A stretch of 64,000 bases of DNA from Ptychomitrium polyphyllum (Eukaryota), in the NCBI GenBank assembly GCA_973851085.1, contig OZ316775.1, forward strand, positions 2,418,001 to 2,482,000. The letters are read 5' to 3'. Below are positions 43,237-53,986 of this stretch, piece after piece. The position numbers and the translations under genes are program-made. Under the pieces are notes generated by a model, which saw only the letters and a program-made list of their open reading frames with translations, was not told the origin of the DNA and made no database searches. Each line of letters starts with the position of its first letter. Position 1 is the stretch's first letter.

Positions 43237-44101
43237 TTCCTGTATTTGGGGTTTTGGGAACATTAGAGTTGGTTTGTAGGAATTTACTTGCTATGCTGTG
43301 AAACTTGAGGCGTGAGATTCTGTTGTGTGGTTGCTCTGTGCGATTTCATGTTCTGGGTTTTTCAGGCGACTACACAATGGTGATGGATGGGAAGACAGGG
43401 TCTGAGATCTAGACGTCTTTGGGAGTTTTGGGTTGAGGAAGTACTGGGTGGTGTGAGAGATGTGTAGCCGTGGAAGGAAAGAAGAGCGTAGAGCATGGTT
43501 AGGATGTGGTGCGGCGTGGAGGCTGGAGTAGGGATGGCCATGGTTGCATTTCCTAGGATGCTTCGTAGCCGTCACCCTCTTGGAGATGCGGAGGTGAGTT
43601 GGCTATGGCCGCAGGGAACAACTCCTCTTCTGTGGTGTTTGGAGGGGCTGCGGATCGATCTACAGGTATGGGCTTTACAACATGTTTTATGCGGTTTACA
43701 ACGTTATCGATGACTGGGTTTAGGTGTTCGTTTCATGCAATGGATGGTTGAGTTACTGGTATTTGTTGAGATGTTATCTGGAAGCCTGAGGGCATTTGGT
43801 GGTCGTGATAGCAGGGTAGTTATTCGGGAAGTGTCTAGCGGTGAAGTACTAGAACAAGATGCGTGGGCGCCAGACTGTTTCGAGGTTGTGGACAAGGGTG
43901 TCGTCGCCATTGTTTACAAGGTGGGATACTAACAGTGAGATTTTTCCTCGGAAATGTGTTTTGTACACGCATACTTTGAGACTTTTTGTGGCGCAGCCCT
44001 ATATTTGTAATTGAAATTACTATAGTGGGAAACAATGTTCATGGTCAGTTGTTCGATTTATGTAATAAGCTGCAGTTTTTTAATGGATTCAGTTATGCAG
44101 G

Positions 44102-47100
44102 GTGCTCTGGTTGGAATCTTTTTGCCTGATGGATGTCAGGCAGCTGTGCCACTATGGCACAGCACATTTTACTCCTGGTGTACCCATGGCCCTCCATTCT
44201 GATGACGAGGTGCGAAGCCAAGAAGGGACTGGCACTTGGAAAACGTGTCCCAACGATAGGGGAGACATTTGGAAGGAGAAACTAAGGGAAAAGGCAGTGC
44301 AGGTAGTGGATAGTATTGACAGAAGAGGAGCTCAAGCCAATTGGAAACGTTATGCTGGTCTATTGCAAGAATGTGCAAAGTCAAAATCTTTAGTGGAAGG
44401 CAGAACGGTTTACGAGCATATGCGGAGTAACCAATACAAGCCTGATACTTATCTTAGTAACATGCTCATAAGTATGTATGCTAAGTGTGGGAGCATCAAG
44501 GAGGCTTACAACGTATTCCAAGCTATGGAAGACAAAGATGTGATTTCTTGGAATGCGATGATCTCTGGTTTTGCTCTGCATGGGCAGGGTCAGGAAGCAA
44601 TCGACCACTTTTATCAGATGCAACGAGAGGGATTGAAGCCAAACAAGAACACCTTTGTAAGCATCCTCAGTGCTATTGAAAGTCCAGTAGTTTTAGAATT
44701 AGGAGAGCAAATTCATTCCCGCATTGTTAATGCTAGATTTGACACAGATGTTGCTGTAGGAACTGCACTCATGAACATGTATTGCAAGTGTGGAAGTCTT
44801 GAACTTGCACGCAAGGTTTTCAATGGAATGCGCGAACGAAATGTAGTTTCTTGGACGGCAATGATTTCTGGCTATGCACAGCAGGGGCACAGTAAGGAGG
44901 CTTTCTCGTTGTTTCAGAAACTTGTTCGAAGTGGAATTCAGCCGAATAAAGTCACCTTTGCTAGTATTCTTGGTGCATGTACCAACCCCAAGGATCTAGA
45001 GCAGGGCGAGCAGCTCCATGAGTATATTATCCGAGCTGGGCTTGAACAAGAACTGCTTGTAGGAAATGCTCTCATCAGCATGTATGCAAGATGTGGCAGC
45101 TTATCAAATGCACGTCAAGTATTTGACAACATGCGGAGCCTTAACCGGATCTCCTGGAATGCCATGATTGCAGGGTACGGGGCAGGCTGTATGGAAGATG
45201 CCTTTAGGCTTTTTAGACGAATGAAACAGAACGGTTTTCAGCCAGATAGGTTCACGTATGCAAGTCTCCTGTCTATTTGTGCTGATCGTGCAGATTTAGA
45301 ACGGGGGAAAGAGCTCCATTCCCAGATTATATGCACTGGTTGGGAATCAGACGTGACTGTCGCAACTGCCTTGATCAGCATGTATACAAAGTGTGGGTTT
45401 TTGGAAGAAGCACGCAAAGTTTTCAATAAAATGCCAGAAAAAAACGTCGTGTCTTGGAACGCATTTATTGCCGGTTGCTGTCGACATGGTTCGGAGAAGG
45501 AAGCTCTTAAGGTCTACAAGCAGATGCGCCGGGCTGACTTAAGTCCAGACCATGTAACCTTTATTACGCTTCTCAACGCATGCTCTAGTCCTGAAGCATT
45601 AGAAGATGGAAGATTTATTCACGACAAGATTGAGAGGTGGGGAATGCTGTCCAACAATAATGTTGCACACGCTCTCATCAATATGTATGGGAGATGTGGG
45701 AGCCTAGCAGCTGCCCGTGAAGTCTTTTACAGAATCCGAACGCGAGATTTGGGCTCGTGGAATGCCATGATTGCTGTTTATGTCCAGCATGGTGCGAACG
45801 GATCAGCCTTCGAGTTATTCAAGAAATTTCGAAGAGAGGGAGGTAAAGGTGACAAATATACTTTCATCAGTGTTTTAAAGGCTATTGCCAACTTGGGGGA
45901 TTTGGATGCAGGCAGAAAGGTTCATACTCTCGTTGAGAAGAGTAGGATGGGGGAAGATATCCAAATTTTGACCACTCTCATAAGGATGTACTCCAAGTGT
46001 GGAAGCCTGGATGATGCTTGCAGCATATTCAGCAAAATCCTAGAGAGAGATCTGGTCTGTTGGAATGCGATGTTGGCTGCCTATGCTCATAGTGGCCATG
46101 GTCAGGATGCTTTGAAATTGTTTCAGTTCATGCAATCGGAAGGTGTGAATCCTGACAGTGCTACCTATAGTAGTGTCCTGAATGCATGTGCGAGCTTGGG
46201 AGCTTTGGAGCATGGAAAGAACGTTCATGCGCAATTGAAGGAGGCTGGCTTAGAGACCGACACCCGTGTTTGTAACGCTCTCATCGACATGTACTCGAAA
46301 TGCGGATATCTGAATTCTGCCACCCAGGTGTTCAAGAAAATGTCCAAACGAGATTTAAACTCATGGAATGCTTTGATCGCTGGATACAGTCAGAATGGTC
46401 AAGGAAGCGAGGCCCTTAAATACTATGAACATATGCTACAGGGTGGCTTTTTGCCAAATAAGGCAACCTTCACAAGTATTCTTTCTTCACATGGTCTGCT
46501 GGGTGAAGTAGAGGAAGCTTTTGACTTTCTTGAATCTATCAAGGTGGAGTGGAATATAGAGCCATCAGAGGAGCATTACGCGTGTATGGTTGATAGTCTA
46601 GGTCGAGCGGGTCTCTTAAAGGAGGCTGAGGAGTTTATTGAGGAAATTTCAATCGAATCGGCTGCTCTAATGTGGGGATCCCTCCTAAGAGCATGTAGGA
46701 TTCACCATAATGTGGAGCTTGCAGAGATTGCTGCGGAACATCTACTGGATGCCAAGGCCCAAGCTTCGCCTGCAGTGTGTGAGCAGCTGTTGAGCGTTTA
46801 TACTGCAGCAGGCAGGTGGGAGGATGTCTCTGTAATAAAGGCTACTATGGAAGAGACAGGGATGCTGGTACCGAAGCGTTGCACGATTGAGGTTAACAGT
46901 GTACTTCTTACCTTTACGACTAATGATCCAAAACAAGAAATTGACTCTTCCCAAGACATGCTCGACGAGCTTGTGAATGAGATGATGGAAAAAGGTTTCT
47001 TGCTGGAGATGATGGATAAGGGTTTCTTGCTGGAGCCTCAGGAAAGGGGGGTTTTGTTCTCTCATTGTCCAGAGTTGTTGGCTGTTGCATATGCTCTTAA

Positions 47101-47278
47101 CCGAACGCCTCCAGGAACTCCAGTTTGTTGCGTTTCTGATACTCGTGTTGCTGAACTTAGTCACAAGATGTTGAAATTCGTATCAAAGACATGCAATCGG
47201 GACATTTTTGTGGGAGACGCCAATTACTTGCATAACTTCAGACCTGGACATGCCTGTTCATGCGGAGATTACTGGTGA
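44102..47278 (+). CDS. PLS-class pentatricopeptide repeat protein with E/E+ and a degenerate DYW domain (PPR_43-like)
   Basis: Open 1058-codon frame with seven P-type (S/C)W(N/T)A(M/F/L)(I/L) motifs in P-L-S triplets (~22-23 repeats), an E domain (HYACMVDSLGRAG...WGSLLRAC) and a CSCGDYW end. The ORF starts at GTG just after the acceptor-like TTATGCAG (ending 44100), so the true start may lie in an upstream exon or at the ATG near 44129. Confidence 0.95.
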   Translation: MLWLESFCLMDVRQLCHYGTAHFTPGVPMALHSDDEVRSQEGTGTWKTCPNDRGDIWKEKLREKAVQVVDSIDRRGAQANWKRYAGLLQECAKSKSLVEGRTVYEHMRSNQYKPDTYLSNMLISMYAKCGSIKEAYNVFQAMEDKDVISWNAMISGFALHGQGQEAIDHFYQMQREGLKPNKNTFVSILSAIESPVVLELGEQIHSRIVNARFDTDVAVGTALMNMYCKCGSLELARKVFNGMRERNVVSWTAMISGYAQQGHSKEAFSLFQKLVRSGIQPNKVTFASILGACTNPKDLEQGEQLHEYIIRAGLEQELLVGNALISMYARCGSLSNARQVFDNMRSLNRISWNAMIAGYGAGCMEDAFRLFRRMKQNGFQPDRFTYASLLSICADRADLERGKELHSQIICTGWESDVTVATALISMYTKCGFLEEARKVFNKMPEKNVVSWNAFIAGCCRHGSEKEALKVYKQMRRADLSPDHVTFITLLNACSSPEALEDGRFIHDKIERWGMLSNNNVAHALINMYGRCGSLAAAREVFYRIRTRDLGSWNAMIAVYVQHGANGSAFELFKKFRREGGKGDKYTFISVLKAIANLGDLDAGRKVHTLVEKSRMGEDIQILTTLIRMYSKCGSLDDACSIFSKILERDLVCWNAMLAAYAHSGHGQDALKLFQFMQSEGVNPDSATYSSVLNACASLGALEHGKNVHAQLKEAGLETDTRVCNALIDMYSKCGYLNSATQVFKKMSKRDLNSWNALIAGYSQNGQGSEALKYYEHMLQGGFLPNKATFTSILSSHGLLGEVEEAFDFLESIKVEWNIEPSEEHYACMVDSLGRAGLLKEAEEFIEEISIESAALMWGSLLRACRIHHNVELAEIAAEHLLDAKAQASPAVCEQLLSVYTAAGRWEDVSVIKATMEETGMLVPKRCTIEVNSVLLTFTTNDPKQEIDSSQDMLDELVNEMMEKGFLLEMMDKGFLLEPQERGVLFSHCPELLAVAYALNRTPPGTPVCCVSDTRVAELSHKMLKFVSKTCNRDIFVGDANYLHNFRPGHACSCGDYW

Positions 47279-48054
47279 TGACTTGTGAACCAGGGCGTTG
47301 GTTTCGGTTACTGGAGAGAAGTTGCTGGCATGTGGGTTAGCCCAATATTCAATGCATGATTAAGCTTGTAAGTTGATCCTATGGTCGCTTTTCTACTAGC
47401 CAGAATTAGAGTGTTGCACATGCTCGGAGTGAGCTCAGACTGATCAATTTTGCAGTCATTTATTCTAATTAGTTGAGTAGCTCATGCTTTGCTCCTGCAA
47501 TTTAACAAACGATTCATTAACGTCTCTGCTATGGTATTTGATTGTCATAAACTTACTGTGCACTTGTATGATGCAGGAGATATCGGCGGGATTTACACCT
47601 CATATGTGCTTGTTCTCATACAGCTTCTATCCGCGTAGCACAGATGTTATGATTTTCAACTTCACAAACTTTGTAGATATACAGGCATAGAGACATCGGC
47701 AGTGGCAAGATAAGGACAATGTCATTCCTTTCCTGCAATTTTCTCACTTAACGGGCATTATTATATGGGAGCGAGGTAATAAAGCATACCAGGCAATTGC
47801 TGAAAATTATCCCACTAGGAGAAAGAAGATGCTGCAAGGCATAGGGTTTTTTTCAAATACTAGTGTTAATACCCATTCTAGCCTCCTTCAAACCCAACTT
47901 TACTTCAAAGCCTCCAAGAAATCAATACCCAAAAGACAAAGGAGTTCACTACAATAGAAATCTCGTAGTGGCGACGGTGCTTCAGAGTTTCATTAAATCA
48001 GGATGGACACGGACGTCTAAATTGCTTAAGTATTTGTAATCTAAACATCCGGTC

Positions 48055-48350
48055 TATGTTATGAACCTGTCAGGATTGTACGCAAGGGGATTATCTCATA
48101 GAATAAGTGGCCCAAACATTGACCATAACGTTGGAATCTGTAGCCATTAGGTTCGGTGCATATGGAGAATGGGAGCAAAAGCGGTGCAATTGGCTGCAGT
48201 CTGAATGTCTCGTTAATAACGGCATTGAGGAACTGGAGGAAGCACAAATAACAATGTTTTTACATGATTGTTGATTAATGGAGAAGCCCAGCCATCGTTT
48301 ATTCAATGGCACTGATTGCTGATTCATCTACTTCAAAGGACATCTCCTGC
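48055..48350 (-). pseudogene. Cytochrome P450 pseudogene fragment (K-helix to PERF region)
   Basis: FLNAVINETFRLQPIAPLLLP (ExxR motif) in one frame, SNVMVNVWA in a second frame, then NPDRF (PERF-like). Frameshifted and truncated; no intact heme FxxGxRxCxG motif seen. Confidence 0.65.
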
Positions 48351-49322
48351 GCAAGTGTGCTAAATGCATCATGGTCAACACGGTTTTAGAGTACGTCAAT
48401 CCTTTAAAGAGGACAACTTCATGTGATTCGTTCAGGAGTAATCAAATTTTTACCAATTCTAAGGTTAAAAATTAAGTCTCCTATTTCGATTATCAGCTAT
48501 CAAATTTGGCAAAGGGTTTTTTAAACGACTTTGCTTAAAAACCGCCTCCTAGTATTGTTTTGTTCAACTGAGCGCAAGATAAAATCAAATACCAAACTTC
48601 CATTTCTAACTGACCGAGATTCACAGCGCAAGTGAACTGGGTACACAAATAAGCTTAATGCAACATTGGAAGAATCTTCAGCGACATCATCGAGTCAGTT
48701 ATGTGACAATGAACACATGGTTCAGATGGTTGTGGTTTATATGTTCTTGAGCATAATCTACATACTTCACACTCTAAGCACACTCTCAAGCAATCCACAT
48801 TCCTGTGTCGATTGAATAATCGAACAGGAGGAATTACAAATATCATAATAAAGGCAATATCGATCTGGCATCTCCTGAAGCCTCGAACCCTGGAGTTCCG
48901 AACGCAAAAACAACTTAATGTAGACTTGTATGTCATACATTATCGGTGGAACTTCCAAAAGTGCATAGAATCAAGGCAGAGATTAAATCATAGTATATTA
49001 CAACCTGAGTTGTTCTGTAATCCTGGGTTTCCGATACAGAGAAACTTGGTGTACGTCAAGACTAGTATCGATCGATTCTTTCCTAAACATAACTAATCAG
49101 AATCAGAAGAGAACGAGACAACGACAACATAAGAGCACCAGGCCAGTTATAATCATATATACTTTCTGTACCTAGGATCGAAAACTGAGTACCTCTTTAC
49201 CTGTATTCAAACATAAAAGCCTCCATTGAGAGGATGTATAAACTAAACTACGTCAAGATCCACAAAAGACTCGCTGCAATAGATCGAATTGCATGTACAG
49301 AAACAACGTGTAGAAAATAAGG

Positions 49323-50444
49323 TCAGTGACCATGCATGCGCATCCACTCTCCTTCGTTCATAGGCTTGAGAATACCCTGCTCCCTTTCCCGAGATATGGT
49401 GGTGTAAGGACCTCCGTAATCATGACCAGGATAAACCCTAGTGGTAGCCGGTAACACGGCAAGCTTCTTCTGTAAGCTGGTGTACATAAGCTTGGCATCG
49501 CAGTCAGGAAGGTCCAAACGCCCACAACTGCCAATAAAGAGAGTGTCGCCTGAAATCAGAATGTCCTGTTCCGGCCGCTTAATGTGGATACATTGACTAC
49601 CAGGAGTATGCCCCGGTGTGTGAATAAACTTAAGCTTCACACCGCCGATAGACACCTCCGCGGAATCGTCGAGCAGAGTTAGATTTTCAGAAGGAACCCC
49701 GTTCGATTTCATCACCGTCGTCGCATCATTCTTGTTCACGTAAACGGGCAGCTTATCCTGAACCGCAAGCTCTCGAACTCCCGGCACTTTGATCCCGAGC
49801 TGGTCGAACGGTGGTGGCGGCGTCCCACCCGTATGATCAAAATGGTAGTGCGTCACTACAGCTCCAACCAACCGCATATTCTCCGCAGCCGCAAAGCTCC
49901 GGATCCCGTTCACGTCCCACGCTGCATCCACCACAACAGCCTCCCGCGTCCTCGCATCCCCGACCAAATACACATAATTCTGCATCTGCTTCGCACTACT
50001 GAAAATCTGCCGCTCAATAATATTCCCGGCATTCACAGCAAAGTCCCGCCCCGCCAGCAGTTGCCGGAAGTAGAACCCCGACATGGCTTCCCGCGCTAGG
50101 CTCACCTTCTTCTTCAACGTCCCATCCTCCGTGGCAAGCTCCGACGCGCGCAAATACGCCTTCTCCGCCCCGCCGTAGTCCCCCGACGCAAACAGCGCCT
50201 CCCCTAACCGGAAGTGCCCCTTGCTCCACCCCGCATTCGCAGCCACGGCGATCTCCGCCTGCGCCAACGCCCGCGGAAGCTCCCCCTGCTTGAGGTACGC
50301 GAAGGAGCAGTTGGAATGCAACGGCGCCAGGTCGTGGCCAGGATTCCCCTTGGCTGCGTCGATCGCCCGCTCGTAAAGCTCCGCTGCGGCTCGGAAATCC
50401 TTGCGCCGCACTGCGTCGTTGCCCTGCTCCTTGAGCGCTTCCAT
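49323..50444 (-). CDS. TPR-repeat + metallo-beta-lactamase-fold hydrolase (glyoxalase II-like) fusion, intronless, 373 aa
   Basis: The N-terminal ~120 aa form three STI1/Hop-like TPRs (LKEQGNDA...YERAI; LHSNCSFAYLKQG..ALAQAE; KGHFRLGEAL). The C-terminal domain has the full MBL metal-ligand set: THYHFDH, HTPGHTPG, SGDTLF and PGHDY. ATG follows a (GA)n tract. Confidence 0.93.
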   Translation of the reverse strand: MEALKEQGNDAVRRKDFRAAAELYERAIDAAKGNPGHDLAPLHSNCSFAYLKQGELPRALAQAEIAVAANAGWSKGHFRLGEALFASGDYGGAEKAYLRASELATEDGTLKKKVSLAREAMSGFYFRQLLAGRDFAVNAGNIIERQIFSSAKQMQNYVYLVGDARTREAVVVDAAWDVNGIRSFAAAENMRLVGAVVTHYHFDHTGGTPPPPFDQLGIKVPGVRELAVQDKLPVYVNKNDATTVMKSNGVPSENLTLLDDSAEVSIGGVKLKFIHTPGHTPGSQCIHIKRPEQDILISGDTLFIGSCGRLDLPDCDAKLMYTSLQKKLAVLPATTRVYPGHDYGGPYTTISREREQGILKPMNEGEWMRMHGH

Positions 50445-50495
50445 CGCTCTCTCTCTCTCTCTCTCACTCTCACGCGCTCTCCAAACCCTAACAAC
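50445..50495 (-). promoter_or_regulatory. 5' leader of the TPR-MBL gene with (GA)n tract and telo-box
   Basis: (CT)n on + at ~50447-50465 and AAACCCTA (plant telo-box) at 50483-50490. Confidence 0.45.
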
Positions 50496-50791
50496 GAAAC
50501 TCTAACACCTTCGCTAGTTCTCTTCACACGCTCAGCTCACATCGAACTCGTGGTCACGACCTTGGGGTTGCTTTGTCCCAGCGCATTGTGTTCTAGGCTT
50601 GTGGATCGCCGTCAACATCCAACCGTGGCGCGGAATGGCCTTGCGGCTGCGGCTGCGGCTTCTCACTCATTCCGGCGGCATGCATTTTCTGCACTCCGGC
50701 CGATCCTTTAGAGGGCCGTGACTGTAGTGTAATCCTGTTTTTCCATTCCTAGAAAAGAAAAGGTGGTGCAGTCCGACAGTCCGACATGCTC

Positions 50792-50835
50792 TGGGAACAC
50801 TTTCTTTGGGAACACTTTCTTTGGGAACACGTTCT
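50792..50835. repeat. 15-bp tandem repeat x3 (TGGGAACACTTTCTT)
   Basis: Three consecutive copies, the last diverged, upstream of the TPR-MBL gene. Confidence 0.85.
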
Positions 50836-53800
50836 CATGCTCTTTCTTTTTTGACTTTTCTTTTATTTTCCACTTTTTAGCATTATCCTGTAAGTTCTCC
50901 TTAAAGAGGAAAATTTATTACCTAAGGATATAAAAATGTTTTTTATTATGTCTTTTGATGAATTAATGAGGACCTTTGCAATTATGGAACATGGTTGGCA
51001 TCCTTAAACTTTAGACCTCTTTATAGTCTTCTAAATCAATTCTTAGTATATTTTAGGTGTTCAAAGCTTCTTCAATAATTCTTTGAATGCATGTATACTT
51101 TAGTGCTTTGTATTAAATATTATTGGAGATTATTATTATAAAGAGAATACATTCTAAAAATATAAATTGAGGAAGTTCTATTTATTGGGTAATTGTATTA
51201 TTTAACAATATATTATTATAATAAAAAATTAAGATACTTTTTTATAAGCACGTTTATACTTATTCCAATATATAAGATTTAATATTTTTTGTAATTTGAA
51301 GCAAGTTAGACATTTATTGTAGTATTAAATGACATTTTGTATTGTTATAAATTGCACTCTGCACTTTGGCTTTAAAGTTGCATTATAATAGACATCTTTA
51401 TAGTATTTTAAAATAATAAAGGGAGCTATCTTTTAAGAAAAATTTTTCAATTATTTTTTAATTTCATAAACAAATATTACATCTTTTATATGAATTTTTA
51501 AAGCTTCATGCCATTGTTAAATATACTTAACTATCATTTTTAATTGTTGATTCATAAGATAATTCAAGCTTTTCAAAAAATTTGAATTGTAATAATAATA
51601 AGTAAATAATACAATTTATACAACTATAATAATGGAAAAGAGTTTAATTAATCAATCTATCATATTAAATATGGATGTATGTATAATTTTTTAATATTTT
51701 AAAAAATTTAAAAGATGATTATGTTAAATTATAACATATATAAATTTAAAATTTGTGTTTTAATATAATGTTAAAAATTAAGGTTAATGAATTTTTTATA
51801 AACCTCAAAGTATGTTCAAGCATAGCCTATAAAGACTCCAAAATTCTTTTATTTAAGCATATAAAGTGATTCAAAAAACATTAAGTCTTTTAAAATATTA
51901 AATTTTGATATCATTATATTTTCTATATAATAGTTTATTTAATTCATAAAATATAATAAATTATTCAGAAGCCAATCTTATGAACATTTGATAATACAAG
52001 CGGTTTATATATTCATCTAAGATTAAATTAACTATCTTCAATTCAAATTTAATCAAAATTCATTCAATTAAAATATATTGAATTTATACTTTGAAATTGA
52101 TTTTTGTAGAAGTGTAAATATGATGCATGTATGATGTACTTACTTCTTCAATCAATCATTTATTATACGTATTTCTTTCAATAATTAACAAGAATTTGAC
52201 AAGAAATGAAAAATATTGCAAAAAATAGTAGTTTATACAAAACAATTTGTCAAGTTAAGCCACCATTTTGTATAAACCACTATTAATGTTTTGTATAAAC
52301 TACATTTGATTAATTTCATTAATAGGTTTCTAGCTTGACATTGATAATGATGATTTTAAAATTCATACAATTTTGTAGCCTCTAACTTACAAATATATTC
52401 TAAATAGCCTTATCAATTTACAAATAAAAATGAACTATTTTTAATTTTTTTCTATATATTCATAAGTTTTTTATAAGAAGATGATAATATAATTCACCAA
52501 TCTAATGTTGTCATTTTACAAATTATTATTTTCAACTTTGAATTTAGTTTTAAATGTTTTAGAACAATTATAATTTGTACATTTAAAAAATCCTAATTCT
52601 CGATATGAATACAACAATATAAAGGTTGATTTTTGATTTTTGATTATTAAGAATTACATATTGGTGATTATATTACAATTTCATGAGCAATTTTGTCGTT
52701 GCCTTGTTTATCTAGATATAGCACCAATGCTTGCTTTTAATATACTTTTCATATAATGCAATTTTGCACTTGTAATCTTCTTGCTTTCAATTCTAAAACA
52801 TCATATAGATTTTTTTCATCCATTTTTTATGTAAAGAGGTTGTATAGTTTTTTTGTACTTTATAAATTAAAATGATTGTAAATCTTATTTATGTCATGTT
52901 ATAAGAATTTATTCTTGTGGCAGTATTCTTTTTAATATATATAAAGTCCTTTCTTCCATTTTGAAGAAATAATAATGATAATTTATGATTGAGAATCTAC
53001 ACTCCTAAGAATTTATATTTTAGTCTTAATAAATTGAAAATGCAATTAATGCCAACAATTCTAAATTCAATATTAAGTTTGAAACTATTATAGTAAAATC
53101 ATCAAACACTAGGTGGCATGAAGATTTTCATTGAACATGATAGTTTATATATAGGAGTTAAAAATTCGTGTCATACATGAAGTGATTTGTTGTCACAACA
53201 AATAACAAAAAAATATCTAATATTTGTTTTTATTTATTAATGATTCATAACTTTTTAGAACCACCCTTTGCACCCTTTATCTAAGAATTAATTTAGAAAT
53301 CAAACTTAGGATTTATTAATGTCTAATAAATGATCAACAACTCAAGATTTAGATGATCAATTTAGATTCTAATGAAGAGTGCTTTAACGCTTGTTCTAGA
53401 ATATTATGTTTGATTATTGGTGCAAGCAAATTCCAAGTGGAAACCATTAAATGCTACATAAAATTAGGAATCATCACATCCAAGAAAACAAACCCATGTG
53501 GAGTCCAAATGGGAAAATATTTATCGTGTTTTTCCGTAGATGTTCATATTTGTTATATTGAGACAAGAACATGTGTTTTGAGACTCCCATCTCTAGTCTT
53601 TGGAGGTCTGAAATGAATATGAATATGGTATTTTAGTGGCTTTGTTTTGTTGAGCAAGTTCTATGACTACACTATTCCTGTATGAAACGCTCATCCCAGT
53701 GATTGAGACTTTGAGAAAATCATATCAGCAGCTTCATTGGCATGCATATTGACTTGGTCGCTTAAATTTTCTTTTCTGTGTTATATGGTGACCTTACATC

Positions 53801-53986
53801 TCTCCACAGTCCAGTAGGATTCAAGTGTTGCAAGCCAGCCAAGAATGTACGAAGTCTGGCAATTAACTTAACTTATCACAGAATGATGGTTGAGAATGAG
53901 TTCTACCAATTCTCTTCATTCAACATAATTCTCTTCCTCTCAGTTCTTCTAGTGCAGGTGCCAGAAGGAGCGTCTTACAGGAATAT

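Noticed and set aside
44169..47164. Antisense ORFs inside the PPR gene
   Set aside because: Typical antisense shadows of a long coding frame.
49811..50711. Overlapping ORFs on both strands around the TPR-MBL gene
   Set aside because: Shadow ORFs caused by high GC; no recognisable domains.
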